A stretch of 64,000 nucleotides of DNA from Candidatus Latescibacterota bacterium (GTDB taxonomy: Bacteria; Latescibacterota; UBA2968; GCA-2709665): NCBI GenBank assembly GCA_965219455.1, contig OZ244744.1, forward strand, positions 1,344,001 through 1,408,000, given 5' to 3'. Below are positions 1-9,422 of the stretch, piece after piece (the stretch's first letter is position 1; every line of letters starts with the position of its first letter). A model generated the notes under the pieces. The model was not told the DNA's origin. It did no database searches and was given only the letters and a program-made list of their open reading frames with translations. A program made the position numbers and the translations under genes.

Positions 1-1113
1 CTCCGGTTCAACGTGCCCGATGGTCTGGTATTCGAACCCGCCGTCTTTCAGCCGCATCGACTCGATGGCGCCTTCATGGCCGGGCATCCCGTACCGGATC
101 AGGCCCCCCTCGAACGCGGGTCCGGCCGGACAGGAAGCGGTCAGCAATCGGTCGGGGCTTCCCACCACCACCTCGGTATTGGTCCCCACGTCAACAAGCA
201 TCACCAGGCCATCCGCAGACGTCAGGTCCATCGCCACGAGGTCGGCCGCGGTATCCGCCCCCACGTGGCTGGCAATCAGCGGCATCCCGTATACCTTCGC
301 CCGCGGATTGGCGCGCAGCCCCAGGCGCCGGGAACCCTGCAGCAGCGACGTCGTTTCCCGTTCACCCTCGAGATAGGCATGTTCCACGCCGGATTTGTAC
401 GGTCTCTGGCCGATGCTCTGCACATCCAGCTTGAAGAAGATGTCCCGCATCGTGGAGTTTGCCGCCACAACCACCTCGTAAATCTCCTGGCGTACAAACC
501 CGAAGCGTTTTCCCAGTTCAAGGATTTCGTGGTTGATCGCGTTGACAACCGTCTTCTGCAGTTCGCCCTGAAACTCCCCGTCGTAGGAGATGCGGTTCAT
601 CACGTCGCTGCCGCCGAAGCGCTGGGGATTCTCGAAGGAACTCACGTGGACGCTCTTCCCGGTGGCCAGGTCCACAAGATCCATTACCACTGTTGTCGTG
701 CCCAGATCGATCGCGATGCCGAACAGGTGGCCACGATACCTGTCAACGGCCACACCGTCGTAATAAACAACGTCCCCCCGGCGCGTGACCAGGGGGTCCG
801 GATCGAGGGGTTTTTCCAGGGTACTGGAGAGAATCTTGGGCTTGCGTCTCAGCGGCGAGAATTCGATATCGGCCCCGGCGTCTTCGACCACCGCCTGGCA
901 GGCGAGGCGGTAATCCTCCCGCAAGAACGACTCCACGTCGTTTCGGGGTCGCAACGCGTCCATCCCGCACCTGATTTCAACCACACACTCGTGGCAGTGT
1001 CCGGTGCGCCCGCACGACGTGGGCACCTGAACCGCCAGTTCATCCGCATAGTCAAAAACCGTCTTCCCGGCTGCCAGCGCCCTCCTGTTCCCGTCGTGAG
1101 TTATGGTACCCAT
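1..1113 (-). CDS. ASKHA-domain reductive activator of corrinoid proteins (RACo/DUF4445) with N-terminal 2Fe-2S domain; 3' end runs off the window
   Basis: Read manually (not in the ORF track): ATG at 1113, MGTITHDG...SCGRTGHCHEC (2Fe-2S motif)...GIAIDLGTTTVV...ENPQRFGGSDVMNRISY (RACo signature); co-oriented with the corrinoid protein gene. Confidence 0.88.
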   Translation of the reverse strand, partial: MGTITHDGNRRALAAGKTVFDYADELAVQVPTSCGRTGHCHECVVEIRCGMDALRPRNDVESFLREDYRLACQAVVEDAGADIEFSPLRRKPKILSSTLEKPLDPDPLVTRRGDVVYYDGVAVDRYRGHLFGIAIDLGTTTVVMDLVDLATGKSVHVSSFENPQRFGGSDVMNRISYDGEFQGELQKTVVNAINHEILELGKRFGFVRQEIYEVVVAANSTMRDIFFKLDVQSIGQRPYKSGVEHAYLEGERETTSLLQGSRRLGLRANPRAKVYGMPLIASHVGADTAADLVAMDLTSADGLVMLVDVGTNTEVVVGSPDRLLTASCPAGPAFEGGLIRYGMPGHEGAIESMRLKDGGFEYQTIGHVEPE

Positions 1114-1121
1114 GCGGCGTC

Positions 1122-1397
1122 CTAGTCCTTGCTCCCGACGAACGCACCCTGTTTCGCCTCCGTCTCCCACGCGCCGCGATAGTCCAGCTTGTCGTCTCCG
1201 CCGCACATCAGCAGCGTTCCGCCCGGACGGGGCTTCCGCTGATTTCTGCAGCCGAACCTGGCCGTACACTCGTCGAAACGGTTCTTGTACGGGCAACGCA
1301 CGGTGGACAGTTCATCGGCATGGGCGATCATGCCGGCGAACAGCTCCGTGATCCTATCCAGCCGTTTCTGATAGTCGTCTCTGTCGATCTTTCGCAT
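1122..1397 (-). CDS. Small Cys-rich hypothetical protein (91 aa)
   Basis: MRKIDRDDY...RCPYKNRFDECTARFGCRNQ...MCGG; fills the gap between the corrinoid protein and RACo genes with 8-nt spacings. Confidence 0.75.
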   Translation of the reverse strand: MRKIDRDDYQKRLDRITELFAGMIAHADELSTVRCPYKNRFDECTARFGCRNQRKPRPGGTLLMCGGDDKLDYRGAWETEAKQGAFVGSKD

Positions 1398-1405
1398 GGT
1401 CGGGC

Positions 1406-2176
1406 TCACGCGTTCAGGTTGGTCTCTTCCTTCATCTCGTCCAGCAGTTGTTTGGCCAGGTCCACGCACGCCATCGCATCCTTGCCGTACCCGTCGGCGC
1501 CCATATCGTCGGCGAATTCCTGGGTGACTGGCGCCCCCCCCACCATAATTTTCACGTCTTCCCGCAAGTCGGCATCGATGAATGCCTCAATCGTTTTGCC
1601 CATATTGGGCATGGTTGTCGTCAGCAGCGCCGACATCCCCAGCAGCGGCGCGCCGTGTTCCTCCACGGCATCCATGAATTCGTCTTCCGACGTGTCCACT
1701 CCCAGATCGTGGACGACAAACCCGGTGCCGCGAAGCATCATAATGCAGAGGTTCTTTCCGATATCGTGCAGATCGCCCTTTACCGTGCCCATAATTACCG
1801 TTCCGACCGGCTCGATGCCCGACGCGGAGAGAATGGGTTCGATATACGCCATGCCGGCCTTCATCGCCCGGGCGCAGGCCAGCACTTCCGGAACGAAGAT
1901 GAAATTTTCGCGAAACTTGATCCCCACAATGCCCATTCCCGCGATCAACCCGTCGTCCATCACCTCCAGCGCCTCGGTGCCTGCATCCAGGGCGACCCTG
2001 GTCAATGCGTCCACCTCGTGATGGGCGCCGTCGATCAAGGCCGCGGCAATCGCCTGCATTTTCGGACTGACTCCGGCAAACGTGTCGATCGTCCGCTCCC
2101 GCTCGTCTTCCCGCTCCAGAAACTCCTCGATCTCGTCGCGGATGAATTCGTTTTCGATATCGTTGATTTCCGCCAT
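1406..2176 (-). CDS. Corrinoid (B12-binding) protein of a methyltransferase system, MtaC/MtbC-like
   Basis: GDLHDIGKN cobalamin-binding motif, SALLTTTM, MVGGAPVT and FVPEVL cap domain. Confidence 0.93.
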   Translation of the reverse strand: MAEINDIENEFIRDEIEEFLEREDERERTIDTFAGVSPKMQAIAAALIDGAHHEVDALTRVALDAGTEALEVMDDGLIAGMGIVGIKFRENFIFVPEVLACARAMKAGMAYIEPILSASGIEPVGTVIMGTVKGDLHDIGKNLCIMMLRGTGFVVHDLGVDTSEDEFMDAVEEHGAPLLGMSALLTTTMPNMGKTIEAFIDADLREDVKIMVGGAPVTQEFADDMGADGYGKDAMACVDLAKQLLDEMKEETNLNA

Positions 2177-2263
2177 CGTGTTCCTGTCCCTTTCGACCCG
2201 CCATCGCCGCTCGCGAAAATGAGCGATACTGGATTCCCTTGATACCTGCTCCGTTCCGATCAG

Positions 2264-3310
2264 TTAGTTCGCCGCCTGTTCCCGGTGCCAGTCCCGGACC
2301 GCCCCGGGAATTTCCTTAAGGTTCTCTATTGACGTCTGCAGCGGTATCGCGCACTCAGGTCCGACGAGGTGTACACCGGCGTCCAGGTTACTGAAGACCT
2401 CCTGGCGGACCGCTTCGGGCCCTTTTGAAAACAGCGTTTCGGGATTGTTGATGTTGCCCACCAGCGAGATCCGCTCCTTCACCGCCGCCATGGACTCTCC
2501 CGGCTCGTTTTTCGAGTCGTAATGGAACGCGGACATCCCCGTCTGCGCGATATACTCCATCCGATCCACCGTCCGCCCGCAGATGTGCAGAATCAGCGGA
2601 ATCGGAATCCGCTCCACGAATTCGATGTGCAGATCCCGAAGATACCGCTTGTAATACTCCCCGCTCACCAGGTCGCCCGTCGCGTGATCGGGCAGCGTGA
2701 GCGCATCCGCGCCCGCCTCGATCTGCGCCACCCCGAAATCCACCGTGACTTCCTTCATCCTGTCCAGGCATGCCTTCGTCTTGTCCGGGTCGTCCAGCGA
2801 CATCAGCAGAAAGGGTTCCACGCCGAAACAGTGATATCCCAGCGACCAGGGGCCCATCGTCTTCCCGATGATGGCCACGTCATCCCCGAATTCCTTTTTC
2901 AGAATCCGGATCGCATCCAGCACGCACTTCGTATCCTGGTGCGTGAGCAGGTCGGCCGGAATCCGGATGTCGTCCACGTCCTCCCAGATGGGCTCGCGCA
3001 TCTTCACCGTGGGCCAGTTGTCTTTCTGCTCCCACTGAACCTTGCAGCCAAGCGCCGCCGACTCCTGGATAATTGTAAACACGGGCATGATCGTATCGAA
3101 CCCCAACTCGGTATGCCCCGTCGCGGCAAGCCGCGCCATCAGTTCCGGGTTCCTGTTCGCGTCCGGGAAAGGCGCGTCCACGAGATCCATCAGTTCCACC
3201 GTTGCCACGGATGTCGGATTGCAAACCGGCGTCCGGTCCACCGGCTCTCTCTTCAACGCCGCCAGAACACGCTCGCGGCTGGTCATCGGACCCGCGGTTT
3301 GAGTCCCCAT
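2264..3310 (-). CDS. MtaA/CmuA-family methylcobamide methyltransferase (URO-D fold)
   Basis: MTSRERVLAAL N-terminus, ILHICG zinc motif, GNINNP, GPECAIP; adjacent to the corrinoid protein. Confidence 0.88.
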   Translation of the reverse strand: MGTQTAGPMTSRERVLAALKREPVDRTPVCNPTSVATVELMDLVDAPFPDANRNPELMARLAATGHTELGFDTIMPVFTIIQESAALGCKVQWEQKDNWPTVKMREPIWEDVDDIRIPADLLTHQDTKCVLDAIRILKKEFGDDVAIIGKTMGPWSLGYHCFGVEPFLLMSLDDPDKTKACLDRMKEVTVDFGVAQIEAGADALTLPDHATGDLVSGEYYKRYLRDLHIEFVERIPIPLILHICGRTVDRMEYIAQTGMSAFHYDSKNEPGESMAAVKERISLVGNINNPETLFSKGPEAVRQEVFSNLDAGVHLVGPECAIPLQTSIENLKEIPGAVRDWHREQAAN

Positions 3311-3357
3311 TTTTCTGGCCTCCTGTCCAAAACCTTGTTTGTGCTGCACGGCGGCGC

Positions 3358-3987
3358 TTACCTTTGCTGGCTGGGTGCGGCCAGAACGCCGCGGGACCCC
3401 GCCGTGTCCTGCTCACGAACCGCCGCCCGGACGTTCGGGGCGCGAACGAGAAGCAGTCCCACCGCCGCGTCGTGGTCGTATCCGCACGAAAACGCGACCG
3501 TGTCCAGACTCCGGGATTGCATTTCTCCAAGCTTGACCAGCCCGCCGGCAACCACCGGGATCCTTCGTGCTCCGTCTTTACCCTCACCTTCGGCGCCGAC
3601 GCGGTACGCACCCTCCCCCAGGCCGGACACCGTCATATTCAAACCCGACTTCCTGTCGAGGATCGTCAACGGGCGAGCGACAACCTCGGTTCCGGACGCC
3701 AGCTTGCACGCTTCCAGAAAAATACGCCGGCAGGCCGGTTCGTGCGCCTCTCCGCACGGAAGGCGCAGCAGCCCGTCGGGTGCTCGCTCCATGCCGCCGA
3801 GCACCGTCATCGCGTCCGCGACAAACGCGATTCGCTCGTCTGACCCGGTTCTTCCGCTATACGTGTACACGCGATACACGGGACCCCCGTCCCGCTCCTG
3901 CCGGTACAGCCCGATCGTGATTTCATGAAAATGCGGATCCATCGGCACCAGTTCGATGCGCGTTCCGATATCGAGTGTTCGGCCCAT
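3358..3987 (-). CDS. Hypothetical protein with two internal repeats ending in CGxxH
   Basis: GGAGG upstream; first gene of the methyltransferase operon; start may be 4005 or 3987. Confidence 0.75.
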   Translation of the reverse strand: MGRTLDIGTRIELVPMDPHFHEITIGLYRQERDGGPVYRVYTYSGRTGSDERIAFVADAMTVLGGMERAPDGLLRLPCGEAHEPACRRIFLEACKLASGTEVVARPLTILDRKSGLNMTVSGLGEGAYRVGAEGEGKDGARRIPVVAGGLVKLGEMQSRSLDTVAFSCGYDHDAAVGLLLVRAPNVRAAVREQDTAGSRGVLAAPSQQR

Positions 3988-4055
3988 CGCGCCATCCTCC
4001 GGCAAGTTTTCTCTTGACAGCAGGGAACCCGGTCTGTTCTTTTGCTATTGTGATG

Positions 4056-4070
4056 ATGGTCAGACCAATT
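4056..4070. promoter_or_regulatory. FadR-subfamily GntR operator-like palindrome
   Basis: ATGGTCAGACCAATT (TGGTC-A-GACCA) resembles PdhR/LldR-type boxes; lies between the divergent operon and the GntR gene. Confidence 0.6.
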
Positions 4071-4203
4071 CTGGACTATAAGATTAACCCAAAAGCGGAT
4101 CTTTGTAAAGCGAAAACTTGCCGTCGTGACAGATTGTTGGCCCCGTACAACCGGGATCGTATTTTAATAGTTATAAAATAAAGATTTACAAAGGGATGAT
4201 CAC

Positions 4204-4971
4204 GTGAATCGCCAACGGAAGGCCCCGGCCGTCGAGCAGATGACGCCCGTCAGGCGCACCTCCCTGAGCGACGAAATTGTCGCTCAGATCATCGACCTGA
4301 TCTCCCGGGACGTGCTGAAACCGGGCGATCGGCTGCCGCCGGAAAGAAGCCTGTGCAAACAATTCCACGTCGGCCGGACCTCCCTGAGGGAAGCGCTGCG
4401 CTCCCTCTCCGTAATGGGTATCCTGGAAGGCCGCGTCGGCGAGGGCACGTTCGTTAGCGACAACACCGGCCGATACCTGGAAAATTCCCTCCGATGGGGT
4501 CTGCTGCTGGACCCGAAGGAAGTCAAGGATCTCGTGGAGACCCGGCTCATGCTGGAAACCCGGAACGCATTTCTGGCCGCGAGGCGCGCAACTGAAGATG
4601 ACTTCCTGGAACTCGAACGGACAATCCTTGGAATCGAAGCATCTCTCGACCGGCCCGCGGAATTCCTGGAATTCGACGTTCAATTCCACATGGCCGTTGC
4701 CCGGGCCACACAGAATTCGATCCTCTGCAACCTTCTTGTGATGATCCGCAACTACCTTCAGCAGTGGATCGGAGCCAGCCTGGAGGAACCCGCAACCCAC
4801 ACGGTGGAAGCGCGCGCCCGGATGTCGCTGGATGAACACGGGGAAATCCTGCGCGCCCTCCGGGATGGCGATGCCGAAGCCGCGCAGCAGGCCATGGAAG
4901 ACCACATTCTGTCCAGCAGCGTGGACCTGCGGGCGCGGATCAAGGAAGATTCCGAAAACCGATCGGAGTGA
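4204..4971 (+). CDS. FadR/GntR-family transcriptional regulator
   Basis: LKPGDRLPPERSLCKQFHVGRTSLREAL wHTH; FCD domain FDVQFHMAVARATQN. Confidence 0.93.
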   Translation: MNRQRKAPAVEQMTPVRRTSLSDEIVAQIIDLISRDVLKPGDRLPPERSLCKQFHVGRTSLREALRSLSVMGILEGRVGEGTFVSDNTGRYLENSLRWGLLLDPKEVKDLVETRLMLETRNAFLAARRATEDDFLELERTILGIEASLDRPAEFLEFDVQFHMAVARATQNSILCNLLVMIRNYLQQWIGASLEEPATHTVEARARMSLDEHGEILRALRDGDAEAAQQAMEDHILSSSVDLRARIKEDSENRSE

Positions 4972-5022
4972 AACTCTACCCGTTCAGTACATACCCAGTG
5001 TCCCGTCCCGGAAATAGATTGC

Positions 5023-5886
5023 CTAAATTCGGGACAGAACACGAGCCACCGTTTTTGAAAACCCGTCATCCTCCAGCGACTCGGCCATCCGCACCCCCGC
5101 AGCTGCGGCGGAATCCCTCGTCAGGCTATCCGCGTTTCCCATCAGCACGCCAATGCCCGCCGCCCCCAACATCGGAAGATCGTTGTCCCCGTCCCCGACC
5201 GCCAGCGCCTGCGAAGGGGAAACGTCGCACGCCTCGCAAAGCTTCCGCAGTGCCACCGCTTTGTTCACCTCCGGATGCATAATTTCGATCCGGTCATTCC
5301 CCGTACGAGCCAGATAGAACCGTCGCCCGAACGCCGCCTGCATTCCCGCGAACACCTCTTCCCTCCGCGACGGCCCAGGCAGTACGATCATCTTCGGCGG
5401 CGGACCAAGTTCCCGCCGCTGCATCCTGTCGAACAGATGCTCGTCAAGCAGGATATCCACGCCCGTCATACGAACCAGATTTCGAACCCACTCTGTCTCC
5501 TCGTCGGTCAGATAGGATTCGTTCAGGCCGTGACTGTCCGTCTCGCACCGGCAGTAGATGAAATTCAACCGCCAATCGGCGATTAAACGCAACAGATCGG
5601 GAAGACCATCCCGCGGCAATCGCTGTTCGTGCAACAACGGCCGCTCGTTGTCCGGCCCGTTTCCCAGTACCATCGCTCCATTGTAGCTCCCCACCATCAG
5701 CGCCGCCCTCAGATCGGGCGAAAACGGCGCCAGGCTTTTCCCCACGTTTCGTCCGCTGATAGAAGCCAGGGGAATTTCTGCTTTTATCAGACGCCGAAGC
5801 GCGTCGACCGAAGCTCCTGAAATCCGGCCCCTGTCGTCGAGCAGCGTGCCATCCAGATCAAACGCCACCAGCCGCACGTCACCCAT
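5023..5886 (-). CDS. Cof-type HAD-IIB hydrolase
   Basis: FDLDGTLL, SGR, VNKA, GDGDNDLPML motifs. Confidence 0.9.
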   Translation of the reverse strand: MGDVRLVAFDLDGTLLDDRGRISGASVDALRRLIKAEIPLASISGRNVGKSLAPFSPDLRAALMVGSYNGAMVLGNGPDNERPLLHEQRLPRDGLPDLLRLIADWRLNFIYCRCETDSHGLNESYLTDEETEWVRNLVRMTGVDILLDEHLFDRMQRRELGPPPKMIVLPGPSRREEVFAGMQAAFGRRFYLARTGNDRIEIMHPEVNKAVALRKLCEACDVSPSQALAVGDGDNDLPMLGAAGIGVLMGNADSLTRDSAAAAGVRMAESLEDDGFSKTVARVLSRI

Positions 5887-5921
5887 TTTGCCTCTCTCTC
5901 GGCGACACCCCGAGACTCGAT

Positions 5922-6938
5922 TCAGAATTCCGTCACCACCTTCGCGGGCTTACCGGTTTTGATCGATTCCGCCACCGCGAAACACGCAGCCATCGTCCGC
6001 GCGCCGTCCCTTACGTCGATCGTTGGCGCCTCACCCGTATCCAGGCAGTGCAGGAAATGCGACAGTTCCTCGCCGCAGGCGTGCACTTCGCCCAGCACCG
6101 GGAACGGGATATCCGCGAATGCCTCGATTTCTCCGAATTCCTTCAGATAGAGCCGGTTCTCCTCCACCGTACCCTCCGTTCCGTACAGATTGAACGTCAT
6201 GGAATACGGACGGGGTGCTCCCACGGAAACCAGGCACTTTCCAACCGCGCCGTTCCTGAACTTCAACGACGCAATCACCGTGTCGTGCCAATCCACGTCG
6301 TGCAGGACCTTCGTGACGCCGTAGGCCGATACCTCCTCCAGTTCCCCCACAATCCAGCGCATCAGGTCCAGCGGATGGCACGCCCCGCCGATCACCGCGA
6401 ATTGCCCTTCGCCACGGTGCCGCCACCACTGGTGTCCCGGACCCCGCAGGAACGGCCCCAGCGAATGCACGTAATCCGACTCGCAGAAACAGGCCTCTCC
6501 AAGCTTGCCGGAAACGTACAGATCCTTCACCGCCCGGTGCAACTGTCTGAAACGCGCCCCATGCCCCACCATCAACTGCCGGCCGGACCGTTCGACCGCG
6601 GCAACCATCCGACGGCAATCCCGCAACGTGGTCGCCATGGGCTTTTCGCAGAACACGTGCTTGCCGGCCTCCAACGCCGCCACGGCCTCATCGGCATGCA
6701 GCCGGTTCGGCGTGCAAAGATAGACCACGTCGACCGCTTCGTCCGAAACAATCTCGCCGTAGTCCGTCGTCACCCTTTCGGCCCCGTATTCCGCCTTCAT
6801 CTCCTGCAATCGACCCGCGCTGCGCTCCGATCCACAGATCGCACGCAACCTGGCCTGCGGATGCCCCGCAATCGCCTTGATATGCTCCAGGCCGATATAC
6901 CCTGTACCCACGACCGCGATTTGGTATTCCAATGCCAC
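5922..6938 (-). CDS. Gfo/Idh/MocA-family oxidoreductase
   Basis: VVGTGYIG Rossmann motif, HVFCEKPMA. Confidence 0.9.
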   Translation of the reverse strand: MALEYQIAVVGTGYIGLEHIKAIAGHPQARLRAICGSERSAGRLQEMKAEYGAERVTTDYGEIVSDEAVDVVYLCTPNRLHADEAVAALEAGKHVFCEKPMATTLRDCRRMVAAVERSGRQLMVGHGARFRQLHRAVKDLYVSGKLGEACFCESDYVHSLGPFLRGPGHQWWRHRGEGQFAVIGGACHPLDLMRWIVGELEEVSAYGVTKVLHDVDWHDTVIASLKFRNGAVGKCLVSVGAPRPYSMTFNLYGTEGTVEENRLYLKEFGEIEAFADIPFPVLGEVHACGEELSHFLHCLDTGEAPTIDVRDGARTMAACFAVAESIKTGKPAKVVTEF

Positions 6939-7022
6939 GACTCCGTTCCTTTCGGATTATTGCAAGGACTTAAGGTCAACGATCAACGGCTGGCGGAACG
7001 CCTAACCGCCGGGGCCGTGCGA

Positions 7023-8066
7023 TCAATCCACCAGGGGCAGATGCACCACGCCGCCCCGTTCCACGGATCTGAACACCGCCTCGGTAAACGCCATATACTT
7101 CAAGCCCGCGTTAAAGGTTGTGTCCCCCGGAGGTCCGCCCTGAATCGCACTCACAAAATCCTGCTCCACGGTCCACTCGCGGGCTTCGGCATCCGGAATG
7201 GGAATCTCCGACAGCCCGTCGTCTCCTGCCCTCCCGCCCAGAATGGTATCGCTGTCCAGCTTGTAGATCAACGTCCCATTGCTGCCGTAAATCTCCACCT
7301 GGGGATCCGCGCCAAACCGCGCCACCGAGGAAAACAGAAACACGGCCTGCGCGCCGTTCTCCATCTGACCCATTATATGCACGGCATCGGGGCGCTCCAC
7401 GGGCCCCATTCCCTGGCCGGCGGCAAGCGGCCGGGCCCTGATAAACGTCTCCGCCTGCGCCGATACCGTCTTCATCTGGCCGGCCCAGCGTTGCACGATT
7501 TCCACCAGGATGCCCATGTTCAGCGCGTTCAGGCCGGAATACCGGTCGACCTGACGCCAGTGCAGCGGTTGATCCGGATCGCAGTTGTCGCCGCTGAACG
7601 ACCGGGTATAGATGTGGTAGACGTCGCCCAGGTATCCCTCGCGGATCAGCCGCTGGATGAACCAGTCACCCTTCATCGCCATGGGCGACGGACAGATCTG
7701 CGCGACCAGGCCCGTCTCCTTCGCCCTGGCGTACATGGCCTTTGCCTCGCGCAGATTCATTGCCATCCGCGCCTGTACGAATGCATGCTTTCCCGCGTCC
7801 AGGGACGCCAGCACGTATTCGCAGTGCCGGTACGGCCAGGTACCGATCATCACCGCATCCACGTCTTCGCTGGCGATCAACGCGTAGGGATCCGTCATCA
7901 GTCTCGGCGAAAGGTCGAACTCACGGGCGATTGCTCCCGCGCTCGCCTCGCTCCGGTTGCAGATGGCAACCACTTCCGCATTCCCGATCTTCGCCAACCC
8001 CGGAAAATGCCGGCTGCGGAAAATGCCGCCGGCGCCGATTATCCCGATACGTACCTTTTCGGACAT
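7023..8066 (-). CDS. Gfo/Idh/MocA-family oxidoreductase
   Basis: IGIIGAGGI, VDAVMIGTWPYRH, GKHAFVQARMA variant of the EKP motif. Confidence 0.87.
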   Translation of the reverse strand: MSEKVRIGIIGAGGIFRSRHFPGLAKIGNAEVVAICNRSEASAGAIAREFDLSPRLMTDPYALIASEDVDAVMIGTWPYRHCEYVLASLDAGKHAFVQARMAMNLREAKAMYARAKETGLVAQICPSPMAMKGDWFIQRLIREGYLGDVYHIYTRSFSGDNCDPDQPLHWRQVDRYSGLNALNMGILVEIVQRWAGQMKTVSAQAETFIRARPLAAGQGMGPVERPDAVHIMGQMENGAQAVFLFSSVARFGADPQVEIYGSNGTLIYKLDSDTILGGRAGDDGLSEIPIPDAEAREWTVEQDFVSAIQGGPPGDTTFNAGLKYMAFTEAVFRSVERGGVVHLPLVD

Positions 8067-8136
8067 ATTTCCTCCTCGTATATTTCAGGCCGGACGTCGG
8101 CCCGTTTTCCACGTTCAAACCGATCCGTGCCGGCGT

Positions 8137-9411
8137 CTACGTTTTATACAACGCCTCCAGCAGGCCGCCGGCCGCATCCACGATCCGCTCGCCCGAACCC
8201 GGCGTGAACAGGGCCGCTTCGGGTTCGTAGCCGCCCTCATTAAAAGCCTGTTCGTCGGGCAGATATCCCACGCTGTCGTTAGCCAGTTCCAGCACCATCG
8301 TGTGCCCGAACGGAGACCGTTTCTTGATATCCAGCCCGAGTCTCACCAGCAGTTCTCCCGGAACGCCCACCAGGGCCAGGTCTCCGATCCGTAACGCCTG
8401 CACCCACGTTCGCGCTTCCTCAGGCGCTTCCGCCATCCGTCGTAGAATCCGCCGGGCGAATGCCCGCTCCGCCATGGTTCCTCGCCCCTTCTCATCGATT
8501 TCCTGAGCCCGGGCGACGTCCGCCGGCGAAGGGCCGGCCTTCCGCTGCAGCGACACTTCGACCATCTCGGCGCCCAAAGTCAGATCGCCGGCGAATTCCA
8601 TCTCGTTCCATGCCCAGAAGGCCTGGGCCGCCACCAGCGCGGCGACGCGTTCCGTATGCTGGTATCGGTCGTTGGCGCCTCTGCTTCCACCCATGACGTC
8701 GTGATTGTTGATGTCGCCCGAAGCGCCGTTCGAAAGCGCCGCCGTAAACCGATGACCTCGCATCCGCTGGATGAGACGCGTAAAGTACCCGAAATAGTCC
8801 GCCGAAATCGCCCGCTCGTGGTCTCCCCCACCCACGTAGTGCAACGCGTAGTTGCACAACAATCCCAGGGGAACGCCATCCGGTTTCCGGAGGCAGAGCA
8901 CCCCCACCTCAGGATCCACGGGGCCGGCGGGCCGTACCACGTCCGGATTGCCCAGGCCGGGGTTGGTCCGCACCGTGCCGTCGGCCATATGGAAACGCCG
9001 GTTGAATACCGGCCGCCCCTCTTCCGCGCGCCCCCAGCCCGCCGCCACCGGTTCGCGCCCGCGCCAGGCCAGACGCACGGAATCCGCAATACGATCCACG
9101 AGGAATTCCGTGTAGGCGTCCTCTCCCGTCTGCGCGCCCGTGTGCGTGTGCGTGCAGCAGATCAGCACCCGTTCGGGCGCCAGCGGGGTGGTTTCAGCAA
9201 TCCGCGCTTTCGCCGCGTCCAGGTATGCCCGCGCCACGCCGACCAGGTCGCATACGACAATCGCGATACCCGAGCCGTCGCGTTCCAGCACGAAACTGTG
9301 TACGTTCAGTGGATCGTGAACCGCCTCCACCCTGCGTTCGTGAAACAGACCCGGAATCATCGTTCCCAGCGGCGGCGTGATGTCCAGGCTGATTGCGCCT
9401 CCGTTCAACAT
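8137..9411 (-). CDS. Neutral/alkaline ceramidase-like hydrolase
   Basis: DITPPLG, HDPL, CTHTHTG, NYALHY, SADYFG, PGE, ELANDSVGYLP...GGYE; start taken at ATG 9411. Confidence 0.8.
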   Translation of the reverse strand: MLNGGAISLDITPPLGTMIPGLFHERRVEAVHDPLNVHSFVLERDGSGIAIVVCDLVGVARAYLDAAKARIAETTPLAPERVLICCTHTHTGAQTGEDAYTEFLVDRIADSVRLAWRGREPVAAGWGRAEEGRPVFNRRFHMADGTVRTNPGLGNPDVVRPAGPVDPEVGVLCLRKPDGVPLGLLCNYALHYVGGGDHERAISADYFGYFTRLIQRMRGHRFTAALSNGASGDINNHDVMGGSRGANDRYQHTERVAALVAAQAFWAWNEMEFAGDLTLGAEMVEVSLQRKAGPSPADVARAQEIDEKGRGTMAERAFARRILRRMAEAPEEARTWVQALRIGDLALVGVPGELLVRLGLDIKKRSPFGHTMVLELANDSVGYLPDEQAFNEGGYEPEAALFTPGSGERIVDAAGGLLEALYKT

Positions 9412-9422
9412 GGTGTCTCCTC

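Noticed and set aside
13-1125. 370-aa plus-strand ORF and many other long antisense ORFs (e.g. 6048-8207, 53231-54865, 61336-63228)
   Set aside because: They are shadows of real genes on the opposite strand in high-GC DNA and carry no recognisable motifs
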